From positions 5,568,001 through 5,632,000 of the forward strand of contig CAVTTN010000002.1 of NCBI GenBank assembly GCA_963737655.1: a DNA stretch of 64,000 nt. Reading direction: 5' to 3'. Below are positions 61,126-64,000 of the stretch, one piece after another (position 1 is the stretch's first letter; each line of letters starts with the position of its first letter). Under the pieces are notes generated by a model that had not been told where the DNA came from, searched no databases, and saw only the letters and a list, made by a program, of their open reading frames with translations. The stretch comes from an uncultured Planctomycetota bacterium. GTDB lineage: Bacteria; Planctomycetota; Planctomycetia; Isosphaerales; Isosphaeraceae. The translations under genes were made by a program, and so were the position numbers.

Positions 61126-61561
61126 ATCTTCCCCGTTCTGATCGGGATCGGTCCGCCCACTCCGCCGGACGATGGTCGGCGACGGTCCATCGCCGTCCCG
61201 TAAATCGTAATACGCGTTGCATGGCAGAGTCCATGTTTTTCCCATTATTTTATATTTTATTATCATATCTCCATCAAACATGGATCTGGGCGACCCCCCG
61301 GGGCCGGGGGACGACCGGCGGCCCGGGCGACGTCGGCGAAGGGCTTCCGGGATGCGGGCCGACTCGGCCGGCCGGCCGGGCCACGAGGGGTCACGAACGC
61401 GGGAAGGGACGAACCGCGGATCGTGGACCGCCTCGCGGCCAATCCCTCCATCTTGCCGCAAGGGCGGCGCCCGCGTACCCTGGACGGGTTCGCGGCGTGC
61501 TCTCTTCGCGCCCGCAATTCTCGGGATTGGCTCTCGAATCGAACAGGATGGGACCGGCGTG

Positions 61562-63887
61562 ATGCGCATCTTGCTGCGGGGCGTGTTCGTTGTCGTGGGG
61601 GTGGCACTCTCGGGGATGGCCCGGGCCGAGGGGCCGAAGCCCTCGGAGACGTTCGGGTTCCTGCCCCTGGAGATCTATAAGCTCGACTCCCGGATCAGCA
61701 ATCTGACCCTGGGGGACCTCGACGGCGATGGGATCGACGACGTGATCGTGGCCAACAACGGCCGGTCCCGGATCGACCTCCTGCTGAGCACCAAGGGCCC
61801 CTCGGAAGACCCGGGCAAGACCGAGGCGAACCAGGTCCCCGGCGACCGCCGGATGAGGCTCAAGAGCCTGCCGGTGAACAAGGAGGTCGTCAGCATCCAG
61901 GTCGGCGACTTCAACGGCGACGGCAAGGTCGACCTGGCGTATTACGGCACCCCCGCCGAGCTGATCGTCCTGTTCAACCAGGGCGAGGCGAAGTTCTCGT
62001 CGCCCCGGAGGTTCGCCACCGGGGAGGCCATCGAGAGCGCCATCAGCCTGGCCGTGGGCGACCTGAACCGCGACGGCAAGGCCGACCTCGCCCTGCTGAC
62101 GGCCAATGACGTGGTGACGATCACCCAGGACAAGGGCGGCAAGCTCGGCGAGCCGGAGAGGCTGCCCCACACGTGCGGCAATCCGCGGATGCTCAAGCTG
62201 GTGGACCTGGATGGCGACGGCGGCGACGACCTCGTGATCCTCGACGGCGGGTCCGAGGACCCGATCCGGGTCCGGCTCTCGACCGACGGCGGCGGGCTCG
62301 GCCCGAGCAGAGGTTCGCGATCGAGAACCCGAGGGCCGTGGCCTATGGGCAGATCGACGGCAAGAAGGGCCAGGAGCTGCTCACCATCGAGGCGGGCTCC
62401 GGCCGGGCCAAGGTCTCGACGCTGACCGAGGCCGACGAGGACGAGGCCGACCGTCGCGGCCGATTGATCTTCTACCCCTTGCCGAAGGGGGACACCCGGG
62501 GCCGGTCGATCGCCGTGGGCGACCTCGACGGCGACGGCAAGAGCGACGTCGTGGCCACCGACCCGGCCGACGCCCAGGTGCTCGTGTACCTCCAGGGCAA
62601 GGCGGGCCTCTCGATCGCCAGGACCTATCCCGGGCTGGCCGGCGGCAAGGCGGCCGTCGTCGCGGACCTCGACGGCGACAGGAAGGCCGAGGTGCTGGTC
62701 CTCTCCGAGGCCGAGAAGCAGATCGGCGTGGCGAAGCTGGAGGAAGGCCGCCTGACGTTCCCGACCGCCCTGCCCCTGAGCGGCGACCCGGTGGCGATGG
62801 CCGTCGCCGACCTCGACGCCGACGGCGCCCCGGAAGTCCTCTACGTGACCGCCGGCAAGGAGGGGAATGACGCCTTCAGCCTGCGCGCCCTGTCTCGCGA
62901 GAAGACCGGCAAGTTCGTCCCGTATCGCTGGGGCGCCGAGGACTCGGTGGCGATCAAGGGCCTCTCGGGCAAGCCGCCGGCGCTCCGGGTCTTCGACGCC
63001 AACCGCGACGGCCAGGCCGACATCCTCGTATTCAACGCCTACGGGCCGCCGATCCTCCTGCTCGGCCGACCCGGCGGCGAGCCCCCGCCCCGGCCGGAGG
63101 GACGCTCGGGCCTCTCGTCGGCGCGACCCCGGCGGGCCTCACGCTCGCGGGCCTCGACGGCCCGGCCCTGCTCGTGGCCCAGGGGACGTTCGCCCGCAAC
63201 GTGGCCCTGGACAAGAATGGCCAGTGGCAGATCAAGGAGCAGTTCAACGCGGGCAAGGCGGCCGCCCAGATCATCGGCGCGGCGGTCGTGGACCTCGACG
63301 GCGACGGCACCCCCTCGGTGGCCCTGCTCGACCGCACGAGCAAGGACCTGCTGTTCCTCGACAAGAAGAAGGGGGCCAGCGTCTTCAGCCCCTCGGGAAG
63401 CCTCTCGGTCGGCCCGATCGAGTTCCTCGGCATGCACGCGGCCGACTTCGACGGCGACGGCCGGGACGACCTCCTGATCGCCGGATCGGACAAGTTCGGC
63501 GTGGTCCTCACCGGCCGGAAGGGCCTGAAATTCAAGACCCTGGCCAGCTACGAGCCGAGCCGCAAGGACGCCCGGCTCGGCGACCTGATCGTCGCCGACC
63601 TCAACGGGGACGGCAAGGCCGACATCGCCCTGACCGACATCGGCGACCACCTGATCGACCTGCTCACCTTCGACGGGGGCTCCGACCTCAACCGCGCCCT
63701 CACGTTCAAGGTCTTCGAGAAGAAGTCCTTCCGCGACCGCGACAGCCTGGTCGAGCCCCGGGATTTCGTGGTCGGCGACGTGGACGGCGACAAGAAGACC
63801 GACCTCGTCCTGATGGTCCACGACCGCATCCTGATCTATCGGCAGGACTCGGGCGAGGGGAAGGCCGAGAAGACGGCCGACAAGTGA
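61562..63887 (+). CDS. Exported FG-GAP/VCBS repeat protein (frameshifts near 62300 and 63090)
   Basis: Signal peptide; more than 10 (G/A)D(L/F)(D/N)GDG..D Ca-binding blade motifs across three frames. Confidence 0.88.
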
Positions 63888-63890
63888 GAC

Positions 63891-63960
63891 GATCGGTCCG
63901 CCGAGGGCGCCGAGAGAACCTCCTCAGGATGTTTTCCTCGGCGCCCTCGGCGGATCGATC
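63891..63960 (+). terminator. Long stem-loop after the FG-GAP gene
   Basis: 24-bp arms 63891-63914 and 63937-63960 with 23/24 match; no U-tract, so it may be a repeat element rather than an intrinsic terminator. Confidence 0.5.
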
Positions 63961-64000
63961 CTACGGCCGCCGAACCTCGGGCGGGGCGATGTTCTCGATG

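Overview
High-GC (roughly 70% by eye) bacterial window. The gene content (DUF1559 prepilin-like proteins, DUF1573 proteins, extended ECF sigma factor, Ser/Thr kinase-FGE fusion, PEP-CTERM) points to Planctomycetota, probably Isosphaeraceae (inference). About two dozen apparent single-base frameshifts split otherwise intact genes, most likely long-read consensus errors, so several genes are reconstructed across ORF-track frames. Main contents, in order: a membrane TRAFAC-type GTPase with a C-terminal C2-like domain, preceded by a low-GC insert (immunity-like, PD-(D/E)xK-like and PIN genes); a reconstructed ~1450-aa ECF sigma-TM-2x HEAT module-PDZ/S41 protease fusion; a thioredoxin/YHS protein; a PEP-CTERM ice-binding protein; a giant TPR protein; a hybrid histidine kinase; PTS enzyme I; a b6f-like Rieske/split cytochrome b operon with an octaheme cytochrome c; a RAYT transposase with cognate GTAG-REP/REPIN elements plus two further palindromic repeat families; a low-GC cassette of DUF1573 Ig-like proteins, a six-cysteine secreted micro-peptide and a DUF1559 protein; an Amt transporter; a degenerate VapBC pair; a UbiA/GT-C pair; and an FG-GAP protein. 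No rRNA, tRNA or CRISPR array was seen. Best candidates for undescribed systems: the Cys-peptide/DUF1573/DUF1559 cassette, the sigma-protease fusion and the GTPase-C2 locus.
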